DNA from: Eledone cirrhosa
Lineage: Eukaryota
Assembly: GCA_964016885.1 (NCBI GenBank)
Contig: OZ024740.1
Span: forward strand, 99,696,001-99,760,000
DNA: 64,000 bases
Direction of reading: 5' to 3'
A model generated the notes under the pieces. The model saw only the letters and a list, made by a program, of their open reading frames with translations, ran no database searches and was not told the DNA's origin. Made by a program: the position numbers and the translations under genes. Positions within the stretch are counted from its first letter, which is position 1. Each line of letters opens with the position of its first letter. This document shows positions 28,835 to 41,959 of the stretch, one piece after another.

Positions 28835-29010
28835 AATTGTTTCTACTTTAGGCACAAGGCCAGCAATTACCCAGTGCATTACTGGTACTTTATTTTATCG
28901 ACCCCGTAAGGATGAAAGGCAAAGTCAACCTCGGCGGGATTTGAACTCAGATCGTAAAGGGACGTAACTATGCTGGAAAGCATGGCGTCCGACCCTCTAC
29001 CGATACTGCC
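28835..29010 (-). mobile_element. SINE S1
   Basis: Near-identical to 23117-23300 and 20840-21020, suggesting a young copy. Confidence 0.92.
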
Positions 29011-29631
29011 ATAATATTAAGGAGATGATATTTAACAGGCTAATGTACAATTTCTGTCTACCAAATTCTTCCACAATGTATTTTTTAACCTCGGGCTGTG
29101 GCAAAAGTCATTTGATAAAACCCAGAACAGCATAGTTATGAAATGTGTTACTTAACCACATATGACCATTACAAATGTTTAACATGACATTATTCTAGAA
29201 AATACCAATCTCCTTAGATCTGAAATCTGAGAAATAAAAAGACATTAGTGTTGAACAGATTAGATAATTTATTGACAGAGAAATTTATTTGATCCATTAT
29301 GAAAAAAGGCAATTAATAATGAAATTATATATAAATTAATTTTTCAATAACTCAAATAATTGAGTATTTACAATTCCCTAAGCAAACAAACAAGAGTGAA
29401 CAAACAATTTAAATATAGTGAATTATTATTTATTTGATTTTGCACAAAAAAGCAACAACAACACCATCCTCAGCAACAACAACAGCAATAATAATAATTA
29501 TTATTATTATTTGATTTTACTTTCTTTTGCTGTTTATTTCATTCCCACCCTCCAGCTTAAGTAAACGCACAGACACTCACACATATTACCCACACACATA
29601 TACATGAATATATAGCTATATCCGGAGATAC

Positions 29632-29679
<48 letters not shown>

Positions 29680-29683
29680 TACA

Positions 29684-29768
<85 letters not shown>

Positions 29769-30180
29769 ACTTCTGAGTGCATAGTGTAAGTATTAAATTA
29801 ATAAATACTATAAATTAAGTATGTTGATCTTTGTTATTGGAAATTGTATTTTCTCATGAGACTTTCATTAGAGGAACTGATGTGTGCTGTTTGATTTTGA
29901 GAAACTTAATGGACCAGTCACTGCTGGTGGGTTAAATCTCATCATTATGATATCATCAAGAAAACATAACTGTAGATGTAAAGTTGAAAGGTGCCATGAA
30001 CAAAATCATAGATATAATAATATTATCTTGATCTGGTGCTTAAATATACAGAAACCCACTCATAAACAGATACAACCAGACAATGAGGTACTTATATATC
30101 TATAAATATATATATATACAAATACACACACATGTGTATGAAAACACATGTGCATGTATATATACATATATATATATATA

Positions 30181-30404
30181 ACAAAGGAAATGTGGTAAGG
30201 AACCAGGTGGACCATAACGCACCAAAGTACTCAATACTTAGGGTAGTAGAGTGGGTAATAGGAACGAGTAGGACCCCAACGGCTGAGCTCAAGCCGGTTC
30301 GACGGCTAATTCTGGACTAAATGTCTTGTTCAAGGAAACAACACATTTAGTCCAGAATTAGCCGTCGAGACGGCTTGAGCTCAGCCGTCGGGGTCCTACT
30401 CGTT

Positions 30405-30409
<5 letters not shown>
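30181..30409. mobile_element. Fold-back pLTR-like element (family C) in (TA)n
   Basis: Arms 30258-30324 and 30343-30409. Other copies at 62841-63033, 51090-51217 and 1840-1897. Confidence 0.8.
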
Positions 30410-30482
<73 letters not shown>

Positions 30483-30489
<7 letters not shown>

Positions 30490-30730
30490 TTATAAGCTTT
30501 CACCGTATTTTAGACTAAAGGAATTTCTAGCCTCATTGTGGGGTTTATAACCCTCGTAGAAATGGAAAAAGATGAGTGTTGCCGTACATGTACGGTAACA
30601 CTCATCTTTTTCCACTATCAGACTAGAAATTCCTTCAGTCTCAAATACGGTGAAAGCTTATAATTTCTAATTTCAATCTCGCGCACCGTTTCAAAAACAT
30701 ACTTACATGTTTACGTTTATAATTTGCTTG
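30483..30730. repeat. Nested inverted repeat in (TA)n
   Basis: Outer arms 30483-30529 and 30623-30671; inner 52-bp palindrome at 30563-30614. Confidence 0.85.
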
Positions 30731-30747
30731 TATATATATATATATAT

Positions 30748-31469
<722 letters not shown>

Positions 31470-31499
31470 GAGAAAAACCACAGACCCTCCATCTCAACT

Positions 31500-31541
31500 T
31501 TACTTTTGAAAAGCAGAAGAACTGCGAAACCGGTAAAGGAA
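31500..31541 (+). ncRNA. Minimal hammerhead ribozyme, U3-A8 core variant
   Basis: ctt-TTGAAAA-gcag aagaa ctgc-GAAA-ccgg-TA-aag. Confidence 0.7.
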
Positions 31542-31605
31542 CCAAATAAATATATATATTTAAAAAAAAAAAGACTCCAGTTGCATTTTCGATTTCATCT
31601 TTTTT

Positions 31606-31660
<55 letters not shown>

Positions 31661-31819
31661 GAGGTTATATTTAATTTGTTGGGATTCAACAAGCTTAAAC
31701 ATTTTTTATAACTGATATAAAGCACTCAACAGATAAGTGGAGTAAATACACAATATATAAATAAATGGAGACTATATTTATAAAACCATATTTATTTTAT
31801 TATATATATTTAAAAAAAA

Positions 31820-33209
31820 GCGTGTTTTGATTTTGCAGTAGGTCGAGGGAGGTAATTCTGGCCTGTGTTAGGGCAGTATTTCTCGGACAAATGTTTTATC
31901 CGTTACAAGATGTGGTTACAACATTACCATTGTCGATACGCACAGGGTCAGGTAAGCAACGTTCGTTTTGAGACGTTTTTTTGCTGCACCTGAACGCCTG
32001 GGTCATTTAAGGTGGGTCTGGGATGCATGGTTAGTTTCCGGATGTTTTTTGTAACGCCTGCCCGCCGTGGTGTTAAAGCTTGTTGCAGGGAGACCCGGTA
32101 TACGGTTTCACTCCTCATCCTTATCCCATCTGAAGAAGGATATTTTTAAGCGATGTGTACAGCTTATCGTCGTTTCAGCTCTGCTGTTGATGAGCTCGGG
32201 GGTGCCGTTATGATGTGGTAGAGCTACATGAGGCAAAGATCGCACTTCGTCTTGACGTTGTACAGTGCAGCCCTGCAGACAATATCCCAGTGCGTGGAGA
32301 AGCTGATGTTTAAGTCTTTTAATGATGTGATGTAGTCCGCGAGCGATTTGGAGTGTCTTAATTTCATATTTGTGAAAGAGTGGAGATGTGTTCGAAATCT
32401 AATTTTGAATAGGCCAGAGGTCGCCCCTATATAATGTTTAACGCTATTGTGGCTAGTTACAATGCACCTATATATAACTCTATTAGTCACACAGTATCCC
32501 CTAAGGGGGCAGCGTCCCCTGTTGCGGCAGTTGCAATTTCTGTTGCGGTCCCCTCTAATTCCCACGGTAAGGCTATTATTATTGCTATTTACGTTGTTAT
32601 CTACGCTCCCGCACCTGTCGTTAGCACCATTATAACCCACTGTGCGCGGGGTGGTACCATTATTATTCCACACGTCATGTCCTGCATGTTCCCCAGTCAT
32701 GTCGCGGTTATGCTGGTTGCGTCTGTAGAGGCTGTTGCCAGCACTATTGGATGCTGCTAGGGAGTCGTTAAGGCCGATATAGTTATTGTCAGGTGAAGGT
32801 GCGTCTGTGCTAAGGTGCTGTGTCTTGGTGATCTTACTGCGATTTGTTGTTCCTATGATGTCTGCTAGGTTAGGAGTAGTAGAGAAGGATATTTTTATAT
32901 TGTTCCTATTAAGGATTTTTCTATACCTATGGTTGGGTGGGAAGTTCTTCTCTAAGGCTTCGAAGAATATCCGGGGTATGTTGGAGGCCACACTCCGAGA
33001 GTAGGGGGGATGGAATCATAGGACGTTACGGTGGCGATTACGTGTCCTTGTACTTTTGCTACGGGTGGTTCCATCAAGGTGACCGTTCTTATGCATGTTA
33101 ATGTGCCCCTTTCACTTTATGCTCGGGTGCACTCATCTTCCTTCTTCTATGTTTATGTACAGGAAGATGTTGGTTGGAAGGCGTTGGTACAAGGCCGTCG
33201 CCTTTGTTG

Positions 33210-33210
<1 letters not shown>
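31820..33210 (-). mobile_element. 5'-truncated Penelope (Naiad-like) element: linker, CxCx5C and GIY-YIG
   Basis: ORF 32224-32991 contains FPPNHRYRKILNRNNIKISFS, CNCRNRGRCPLRGYC, VIYRC...HYIGAT and KCDLC; premature stops. Confidence 0.9.
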
Positions 33211-33283
<73 letters not shown>

Positions 33284-33285
<2 letters not shown>

Positions 33286-34370
33286 TCGCAGCAGTACCCA
33301 GCGTTGCCTGTAATATCTGCTTTGTTGAAAAGGTGTTGATCTTAGCGACTGCGGGTTTCTTGAAAATCGGTCGTAATGTGTAACAAATCGCTAAATTTTG
33401 AGTGAAATCGTATGGAATATGTGGGAGGTGGAAAAAATTGTATTTTGAAGAGTTAAACAGCTGCCACGCAGTCCCCGAAAAAAAAAGGCAAAGTGTAAAG
33501 CTACTATCAGATGTGCAATGATATATTCTATCGTAGTATAAAAGGTGAACCAAATAATGATTTATCTGTGAGGTGGAGCCGAAGTTTCGAATTTGAACCA
33601 AATCGGTTGAAAAATGTGGGAGCTAATGATAGGTCGGTGTCCCTGAACAAAAAATGCAAAGTGTAAAGCTACTATAAGATGTGAAATGATAGGTTCTATC
33701 GTAGTCTAAAAGTTGAACCATATAAATTGATATAAATGTGAGGTGGAGCCTAAGTTTCGAATTTGAACGAAATCGATTGTAAAATGTGGGAGCTAGAGCC
33801 GAAAAGGCGGAAATTTGAGCGAATAGGTGGTATTTTCGAATATTTAAGCGGCTGCCATGCCGTTCCTGAAGAAAAATCCAAAATGTAAATCCACTTTCAG
33901 ACGTGCAATAATCAGATCTATTGTAATGTAAAATTTGAACAATGTAGGTTGATTAATGTGGGAGCTAAAGTCGAAATAGTGGAAATTTGAGTCTAAAAGT
34001 GGTATTTTTTAATATTCAAGCGGCTGCCACGCCGTCTCTAAACAATAAATGCAAAATATAAAGACATTACAGGATGTGCAATGATAAATTCTATTTTGCT
34101 TTAAAATTTGAACGAAATCCGTGGCAAATGCTGGGAGCTAGAGCCAAAAACTTATTTTTTAATACCTAAAAAAAGGTGACACCCATATCCTTTTTTATCA
34201 GCAGAATGACCCCGGAATAAAAAAAAAACGATACGCTGATATATAGAAAACACTTCCCAATGACTAATCTATGAGCCTGTAAAGTTTCATGAAAATAGGT
34301 GGTAAGATGTAGGCCTCTATAGGTAATACATAGACACACACACACACATACTCATTTTTATATATATACC
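33284..34370 (+). mobile_element. Helitron/HINE (DINE-1/Lep1-like) element with ~175-bp internal tandem repeats
   Basis: 5' actcgcagcagtacccagcgttgcc, internal repeats, and 3' aagtttcatgaaaat...(CA)n...tttatatat. Confidence 0.65.
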
Positions 34371-34526
34371 GATATATATATATATCTGTATCATTTCTCT
34401 ATTATTTCTTCATAGTTACATTTTAAACTTGTAGCTTCGTTTAACTGATTATTTATCTGGTTGATTTCTACGGACTAGGGTGAAGAAAGGCTTGGTATAT
34501 TTTATCTAATAATTCTTCAAACTTAC

Positions 34527-34570
<44 letters not shown>

Positions 34571-34575
34571 AATTA

Positions 34576-35142
34576 GATATTTTAGTAAGTAAGTTAATTT
34601 TATAATTTTCTTATTTTACGTATCTCATATTATTGTTCTGCAACCCCATGCATTGAACCACAATGTTACTAAGACAAAACCTATATATTTGCTAGCATTG
34701 ATATGCATCTGTATGTATATATATGTTACTAGATATTAATTCTTTATAATTATCTCCAAATTATTGGTCGAGTAATATTGGCCATGACTGCTGCTATGGT
34801 AGTAGGCAGGCCGCTGTCTTATTAGCAAACCACTTTCCACTGATTGACCTCGATGTCACGTGATTGATTCTTTTTGAATTTGCCACTGACGCAGAAGCAG
34901 TGATTTTCTCAATGGCTAGGAATTCAGTCCACGCTTTGCTATTTCCTATCCACTGAATTATTTTTTAATAAGTTTCCAGAGTCCCCGCTTTGCCTGGAAA
35001 CTTAGACGAGAATAGACTTCCCTGACGACGGAATGTTTCTCTGTATCTTCTTCGGAAAATATATTTACTCCATTCCAGAAACTAATTAGTTGGAAGTGAT
35101 ATTTTAGTAAGTAAGTTAATTTTATAATTTTTTTAATTTACG

Positions 35143-35151
<9 letters not shown>
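34576..35151 (+). mobile_element. Retrozyme-like element, ~522-bp monomer with ~54-bp terminal direct repeat
   Basis: 34576-34630 is repeated at 35098-35151, with the HHR immediately before the second copy. Flanked by (TA)n. Confidence 0.7.
35016..35097 (+). ncRNA. Type I hammerhead ribozyme
   Basis: acttcc-CTGACGA-c ggaatg...cattcc a-GAAA-ctaattag-TT-ggaagt. Confidence 0.85.
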
Positions 35152-35237
<86 letters not shown>

Positions 35238-35241
<4 letters not shown>

Positions 35242-35717
35242 TAAACGGAATAGAAAATGCTGACAAATTGTTCACAGTTGAAAAATGGTTTAATTAGGAA
35301 TAAAAGAGTATTAGTGATTGTATGGGTTAGTATTCAGTTGTGGTTTTAAGTTTTTAAGTTTTTACCGGTTGCGCATTTCTAAATGCTTTTCAAAAATAAT
35401 TTCGAGATAGAGTGTCCGTGCTGTTTGCTCTGATCTGATTAGTTTTGGGAATTCTACCTGTTTTTATGTTAAAAAAATGGCTCCAGCGTTATTTTTGTGT
35501 TGCAAAAATGCTTGTGGTCAAAACAATTTTGATTGGTCGGTAGAGGTCATGTGAATGTAAAAAGTTGATTTTGCGCCAAGACTGTTTTTATGTTAAAATG
35601 TTAGAAAAGTGGCTCCAGCAAAAATTATGGTCAAAACAATTTTGATTGGTCGGTAGAGGTCATGTGGATAAAAAATTGGTTTTGCGCCAAGATTGAGAAA
35701 TGACTCTTTCACAACAA

Positions 35718-35785
<68 letters not shown>

Positions 35786-35854
35786 TAGTAGTAGTAAGGT
35801 GTTCGATGCTGCGACAATAGCCACCAGCGATGTGTGTCAAATGGCTATTAAGAT

Positions 35855-35893
<39 letters not shown>

Positions 35894-35922
35894 ATAACTT
35901 GTGTGTTACACCTCTATTCTTT

Positions 35923-35927
<5 letters not shown>
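35238..35927 (+). mobile_element. Repeat family F copy in (TA)n
   Basis: Near-identical to 56518-57110. Confidence 0.8.
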
Positions 35928-35989
<62 letters not shown>

Positions 35990-35999
35990 CTGTGTATTA

Positions 36000-37440
36000 A
36001 ACTGTTTTATTAATCTGTTGGTTTTCTCGTTGCTTGCCTGCCACAGTTTTCAATTTGTCATGCTGTCTAACGAATGTTATTACTCTGGGATTCCTCATGG
36101 AGTGCTTGGATGCCTAATTCCTGATCGTATCTCATTGGCTTGGCTACAGCCGAAGCTTTGATGTTAGTAAACTTCAATTTGTATTATCTCCTAGGCCTAA
36201 TAATTAATTACTTAATTAATTTAATTAGACAATTCCATTATTGATTGATTAATTATCTATATTTGTTTAATAACGCCTGGTCGAGTGCTTCTCATTCGGT
36301 TTGTGCAGGGAACACACTTCCCTTGTACACATTTTGAATTTGTCCGCCAAAAAACCCAGGGTTATTTCCCTTGTTGGGAAAAAGCATGTGATAGTTGAGG
36401 CATTAGCCACCGCTAACAACAGTGGCTTACTACTTCATACCACACCGGGTCAAGGCACAGGACTGAAACCTGTTGATAACACGAATCCTCAGTTCGGTCT
36501 TCAAACACCCAAAACTTGCATACTTGCGCAAGTAGGATTGTTGATTTTGATTTCATAGAAACCTATCGGAGAAACGACGATCTGCCTCCGATGTGGTCCA
36601 GGTTTGTTTTATTAACCTGTTGGTTTTCTCGTTGCTTCAGTATCGTGGCTAAGCTTGCCTGCCACAGTTTTCAATTTGTCATGCCGTCTAACGAATGTTA
36701 TTACTCTGAGATTCCTCATGGAGTGCTTGGCTGCATATTTCCTCACTATATCTCGTTGGCTTGGCTACAGCCGAAGATTCAATTTCACAAAACTTTCATT
36801 TGCGTTGGACAAAGCTCATCTCTAAAGTTGTCAAGAAGGCTGAGAGTGTCTTGGCATCACTCAGTAAGACCTTTGTCAGCCGCCTTTTTAAAGTTGTATA
36901 TAACTATGGTGCGGCCACACTTAGAATTTGCATCACCAGTCTGGAACCGCTATCTTGCTCAGAATATTGATCTCCTGGAAACTGTTCAGAGATGTGCAAC
37001 CAAGAAAATACCCTCCATCAGGCATCTATCATACTCTGAATGCCTTGCCTCCCTGGGCATGGATACATTGAAGCTCCGACGTCTGGCAACTGACTTGGTA
37101 AACACCCCAAAAATAATCAACCATCTTGCCAACAACAACACTGAGCACCTTTTTGAATTCCATGTGTCTAACACCGTTGGGCAAGCCTACAAAGTCAGAA
37201 AAGAGCACAGCTCCCATGACTTTTGGAAACATTTGTTCATGTTCAGAGTTGTTAGCTGTTAGGACACTACATCCTTCAAAACCTTCATGCTTCCCGAAAT
37301 TCACCAACACTACACCTGATATTCCACTGCCATACACACACACATGCATCTGTGTCTTTATCATGATTCATACACTGTTCACTTTCCTGACATTTGTACA
37401 TTATTCTATGTACTATACATACACCTTTGATGAGGTGATA
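36000..37440 (+). mobile_element. CR1-type LINE 3' fragment with rearranged, duplicated upstream pieces
   Basis: LYITMVRPHLEFASPVW...LETVQRCATK...LSYSECL...LRRL..DL. 36005-36155 is repeated at ~36605-36775. Confidence 0.85.
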
Positions 37441-37801
37441 TGGGGATATAAGCTAAACCGGCTAAAATAAGTCAGTTTTACGGGGAACTGCATAAGTAAA
37501 ACCGAATTATTTTAGTCGGTCTAGCTTATATCCTCCAAATTGAGATGTTGGCTTAAGTTTAATAAATGTTATTACCTCTCTGAGTGGATAATTTATTAAT
37601 AAATCTTATCTTTTCATTGAGATGTCTACGTATTAGAGACAGTTAACTATATAAATTTATAAATTAATATATATATATATATCATGTGTTAATATGTGTA
37701 TGTATATGTATATATATATGTGTGTATTTATAGATGTGTTTGTATGTATACATGCTGCACACATGTGGGTGTTTGTGTGGGTGTGAGCGTGTGCGTATAT
37801 A

Positions 37802-37852
<51 letters not shown>

Positions 37853-38161
37853 GAGTGTGTGTGTGTGAGTATGAGTGCGTATGTGAGGGTGTATGTGTGT
37901 GTGTCATTGTATACAACTGACCATTTTTACAGACCTCACCAATGAATAGCCATTGTTTGCTTGGAATACAATGAACCTCAACAATTAGGAGTGCCTCTCA
38001 GTGCGTGTTTGTCTATACGTACTTACCTTGAATACTTTTTCTTCCTTTGTTCTCTGAATATAATTTTTAAATCCATCAACCAATTACCTCCACCCATCCC
38101 AATCACCACCCTCTCCTACCATCAGAAAATGTTTAAATACCACCATATTACTTGGACAGTC

Positions 38162-38212
38162 AGCTTCCTGATGATTTCTCCCGAATGAAACAGTTCTAGT
38201 CCTGTAGAAGCT
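38162..38212 (+). ncRNA. Minimal hammerhead ribozyme
   Basis: agcttc-CTGATGA-t ttc tccc gaa t-GAAA-cag..ctg-TA-gaagct (6-bp stem I). Confidence 0.85.
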
Positions 38213-38760
38213 ATTTCTATATTAAATATATATATATAAGGAAAAATGGACATTAAACAGTAATGATATGTATATATATATATATCATAACTGGTTAATG
38301 TCCATTTTTCCACACTGGCATGTGTTAGATGGGTTTTCCCATTTGAAGCAAGTTGGTTTAAGTGATTGTGTCTTGTTCACACAGAACTGTTTCTGGCTTG
38401 GTTTCTATTGCTGGATTCCCTTCCTAATGCAAATCACATTTACAGATTGTGCTGTGTGCTTTTTGTCATGACTCCTACATGACCATCTTACAGTGTGGGC
38501 TGGGTGCTTTGTGCCATGTCGCCATCACAACCACTTTATAGGTTGGCCCGGAGGCTTCAGTGGATGTATGGTACAGCATGTCCTCAAGCGAGATGTTGTG
38601 ACTGTGGTGTTGGAGTGGTGCATATGCTTTCTATATATGTATGCTTCAGCTTCTGCCTGTGCCAAAGGAAAGGCAGGTTCTCTGTATTACTGCACAACAT
38701 CAGAGATCCTGGTCCTGTGTCATTGTCTTTGAGAGGTATAATTGAGCAAGGTCAGCTTTT

Positions 38761-38865
<105 letters not shown>

Positions 38866-41426
38866 GGATTAACAAATAATAGTTAAATGCAGTCCACTTA
38901 GGTGAAGTCCAGTTATGGTATTCCAGGTAGTGGATGATATTAACGCTTGGCTTGGTTTGACTCAACAAGGCGTTTTCATAGTGACGCTGCGGGCATGCTG
39001 TAATTCCTATGTTGTAAACACTCTTAAAAAACTAAAAGACACTAACGGTATCATAGTAAAAGCAGACAAAACATCAAACGTATACTCTATGGACATTAAC
39101 ACATACAATAACTTTATTCAGCGTGAACTACATAAAAAATATAAAAAACAAATGAATCTACACTCACCAGCATAAACATGGAGGGCCTCAAGATAGTTGG
39201 TAAACTCGGAATTTCAGATAGGACCGAACCACTTACCCCGTGCAACCCTACATTTAACCTGAAAGATCACAAAAATAACTTTGAAACTAATCCCACCATT
39301 AGATTAATATGCCCATCCAAGACAGACATAGGTAAAATTAGCAAAAACATTCTAGATAGGGTAATCGCACAAGTAAAGGGTAAACTAGAAATCAATCTAT
39401 GGGGCAACACTAACGAGGCAATTAAATGGTTCAATAAAATACAAAATAGGGAGACGTGTAACTTCATACAATTTGATATAGACGACTATTATGCATCCAT
39501 ATCCCCAGCTACCCTAGATAAGGCGCTTATATTTGCCCAAAATAACTCTGATCTTACCCATGATGAAATTGAAATAATAATAGCGGCTAGAAGGACTATC
39601 GTAAAATTTGAAAATAACTACTGGGTAAGAAAGGATAGAATAAATAGCTTCGATATTACAATGGGATCAAATGATTCTGCGCAAATTACAGATATCGTGG
39701 GGCTATTCATAGCACACAACCTACATAAGGAATTCAGTAACCTCCAAGGAGGAATTTATAGGGACGACACGTTACTTATAGCTAGGAACCTAAACAACCA
39801 GAGCATGGAAAGACTAAGGAAAAATATTAGAATATTCTTCAAAAAACTAGGCCTAAGTATTACCTACGAACTAAACCATAAGAAGGTAAATTTTCTAGAT
39901 GTAACTCTAAATCTAAATACTGGATTAATAGAACCTTTCCACAAAAATAATGAAAATCTAGCCTACATTAGTTACAACTCAAATCACCCCAAATCCATAA
40001 TTAAATCCATAGCACGTAGTATATCCCTCCGAATATCCCGCCTATCCTCAAACCTAGAAATCTTTAACGAGCATGCTGACTATTATAATGTAGCATTAAG
40101 TAGGGCCGGTCATAAAGATAAACTACAGTATATAGTGAATAAGGACAACATAAACAATCCTAGTAATTTCTACTCCAACCGCTCACATAATAATAGGAAT
40201 AGCTTGACTAGACATAGGGTTAGACATGTAACACCTAGAGTAAACGGCCAAAACACTAATAACGTAAACCCTAGAAACAATAGAAGAAACAGACAAAGAA
40301 AATACCTATGGTTCAACCCAATATTCAACTCCTCTATAAAAACTAGACTGCCCTCTATATTCTTTAAACTAATAGATAAACACTTCCCTATCTCGCATAG
40401 ATATCACAAAATACTCAATAGATCTACTATAAAACTCTCTTTCTCAACAGCAGCTAACATAGAATCACACATACGCAAGATCAACCACAGAAATATCTCA
40501 AGTAAATCAATTGCACCTATACATAAGCACAAACTCATCACAACATCACAACCACAAGCGCATACAAACGCGCAGCAGCAAAACCCCATTGGGCATATAT
40601 CACAACCCACTTATAACAGGGTACTAAATAGGAATGTAAAAGCTGCACAAAATAGCGCCTCAAACTGCAACTGTCACCTCCCAGATAGGTGCCCATTGGC
40701 GAACAGATGTCTCGATTCGAGCCTGGTGTACATGTGCACTGTCATCTCGGGTAACTCCACTTGGAATTACATAGGATCCACCGCGGGTTCTTTTAAGAAA
40801 AGATGGTATGTGCACAGGCACTCGATGAAAAACCGAGCTCTTATGGGTTCCACAACCCTCGCCAGAAAAATATGGGAATTGAAGGACAGCAACGCTAGCT
40901 ACACTATCAACTGGTCGAAGTTGTCGGCTGCTAAAACCTATAGTACAGGTATGTCCTATTGCGGGCTGTGTGATCTTGAGCTATTGTATATTCTTAGAAA
41001 TGTTAAAAGGCTACTTAATAATAAGTTAGAAAGATCTATCTTCTGCAGACATAGAATAGCTACTAAATTCATAAGATTTAAACCTCCGTGAATCGAACCA
41101 ACATAACATAGCTTTAAATTAGGATACCTACTACCCACAAAAATATTTTCATTAAGTATACTATTTCCTTCACAAGTCTATACCACACAATTGTCTGTAA
41201 ATACCTCATCTACCAACAATCTTACTCCTTCTCAGCTGCTGCAATCATTTGATCCTAGATCCTAGTTTTTCTCATTTCACTACTACAATGTTACTTTACC
41301 TTCTTTTTGCCATATTACAATTAGCACGCTTTTCTCTTTGCATGTATGTATATATTTTTGTACGAGTGTATATTAATGTGTATATATGTGTCTATGTACA
41401 CATATATGTGTATATATATTTATATT

Positions 41427-41461
<35 letters not shown>

Positions 41462-41782
41462 CCGTAGATATATGCGTATATTAATTCGTTAACCTCTGTA
41501 TTAACTCTACAACTATTGAGCTTTGACAGTGGTCCCACTCATGTATACTGTTGAAGAAGAAGAGAAAGACTGTAAAAACTAGCTTATCTTTATAATTTAA
41601 AATTGATACACACTACGATACTTTTTGCCTTATGACAGCTGGTTTTACGCCGTAACATTAGATACATTATATGCAAAATTAGGCGGATAGCGATCTCTAG
41701 ACATACCAGCTCAGTGAAACAAATGTAAGCTATGTGATTAAAAACTTTTTTGTATAGCAAACCATGTAAACCTTCTTTCCTG

Positions 41783-41787
<5 letters not shown>
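38866..41787 (+). mobile_element. Penelope-like retroelement, Naiad-like, inserted in (TA)n
   Basis: RT-EN ORF, 3' UTR with degenerate HHR (41626-41731, CTTATGA...GAAA caaatg TA), and (TA)n on both sides. Confidence 0.92.
39178..41091 (+). CDS. Penelope-like RT plus GIY-YIG endonuclease polyprotein (N-terminally truncated)
   Basis: LKDHK, RLICP, FDIDDYY, MGS, YRDD, FLDV, HP, WFNP, CNCx5C, LVYMC...YIGST, CxxC and CRH motifs. The upstream ADKT motif lies in another frame. Confidence 0.93.
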   Translation: MEGLKIVGKLGISDRTEPLTPCNPTFNLKDHKNNFETNPTIRLICPSKTDIGKISKNILDRVIAQVKGKLEINLWGNTNEAIKWFNKIQNRETCNFIQFDIDDYYASISPATLDKALIFAQNNSDLTHDEIEIIIAARRTIVKFENNYWVRKDRINSFDITMGSNDSAQITDIVGLFIAHNLHKEFSNLQGGIYRDDTLLIARNLNNQSMERLRKNIRIFFKKLGLSITYELNHKKVNFLDVTLNLNTGLIEPFHKNNENLAYISYNSNHPKSIIKSIARSISLRISRLSSNLEIFNEHADYYNVALSRAGHKDKLQYIVNKDNINNPSNFYSNRSHNNRNSLTRHRVRHVTPRVNGQNTNNVNPRNNRRNRQRKYLWFNPIFNSSIKTRLPSIFFKLIDKHFPISHRYHKILNRSTIKLSFSTAANIESHIRKINHRNISSKSIAPIHKHKLITTSQPQAHTNAQQQNPIGHISQPTYNRVLNRNVKAAQNSASNCNCHLPDRCPLANRCLDSSLVYMCTVISGNSTWNYIGSTAGSFKKRWYVHRHSMKNRALMGSTTLARKIWELKDSNASYTINWSKLSAAKTYSTGMSYCGLCDLELLYILRNVKRLLNNKLERSIFCRHRIATKFIRFKPP

Positions 41788-41832
<45 letters not shown>

Positions 41833-41959
41833 GAAGGTAAGTGCACTGTATTGAAGCGAATAACTATGTGTATGCTCTGGGAGTTAAACATTGCCTATTG
41901 AGTACACTGAGATGCAACCAGTCCTGACTGATACCCATGCTAGTTCCGTCAACCTATTA

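Noticed and set aside
39178-41110. Selenocysteine recoding, as reported for some Naiad elements
   Set aside because: No in-frame TGA at Cys positions. The terminal TGA follows a normal-looking C-terminus and is followed by TAA within 5 codons, and I recognised no SECIS.
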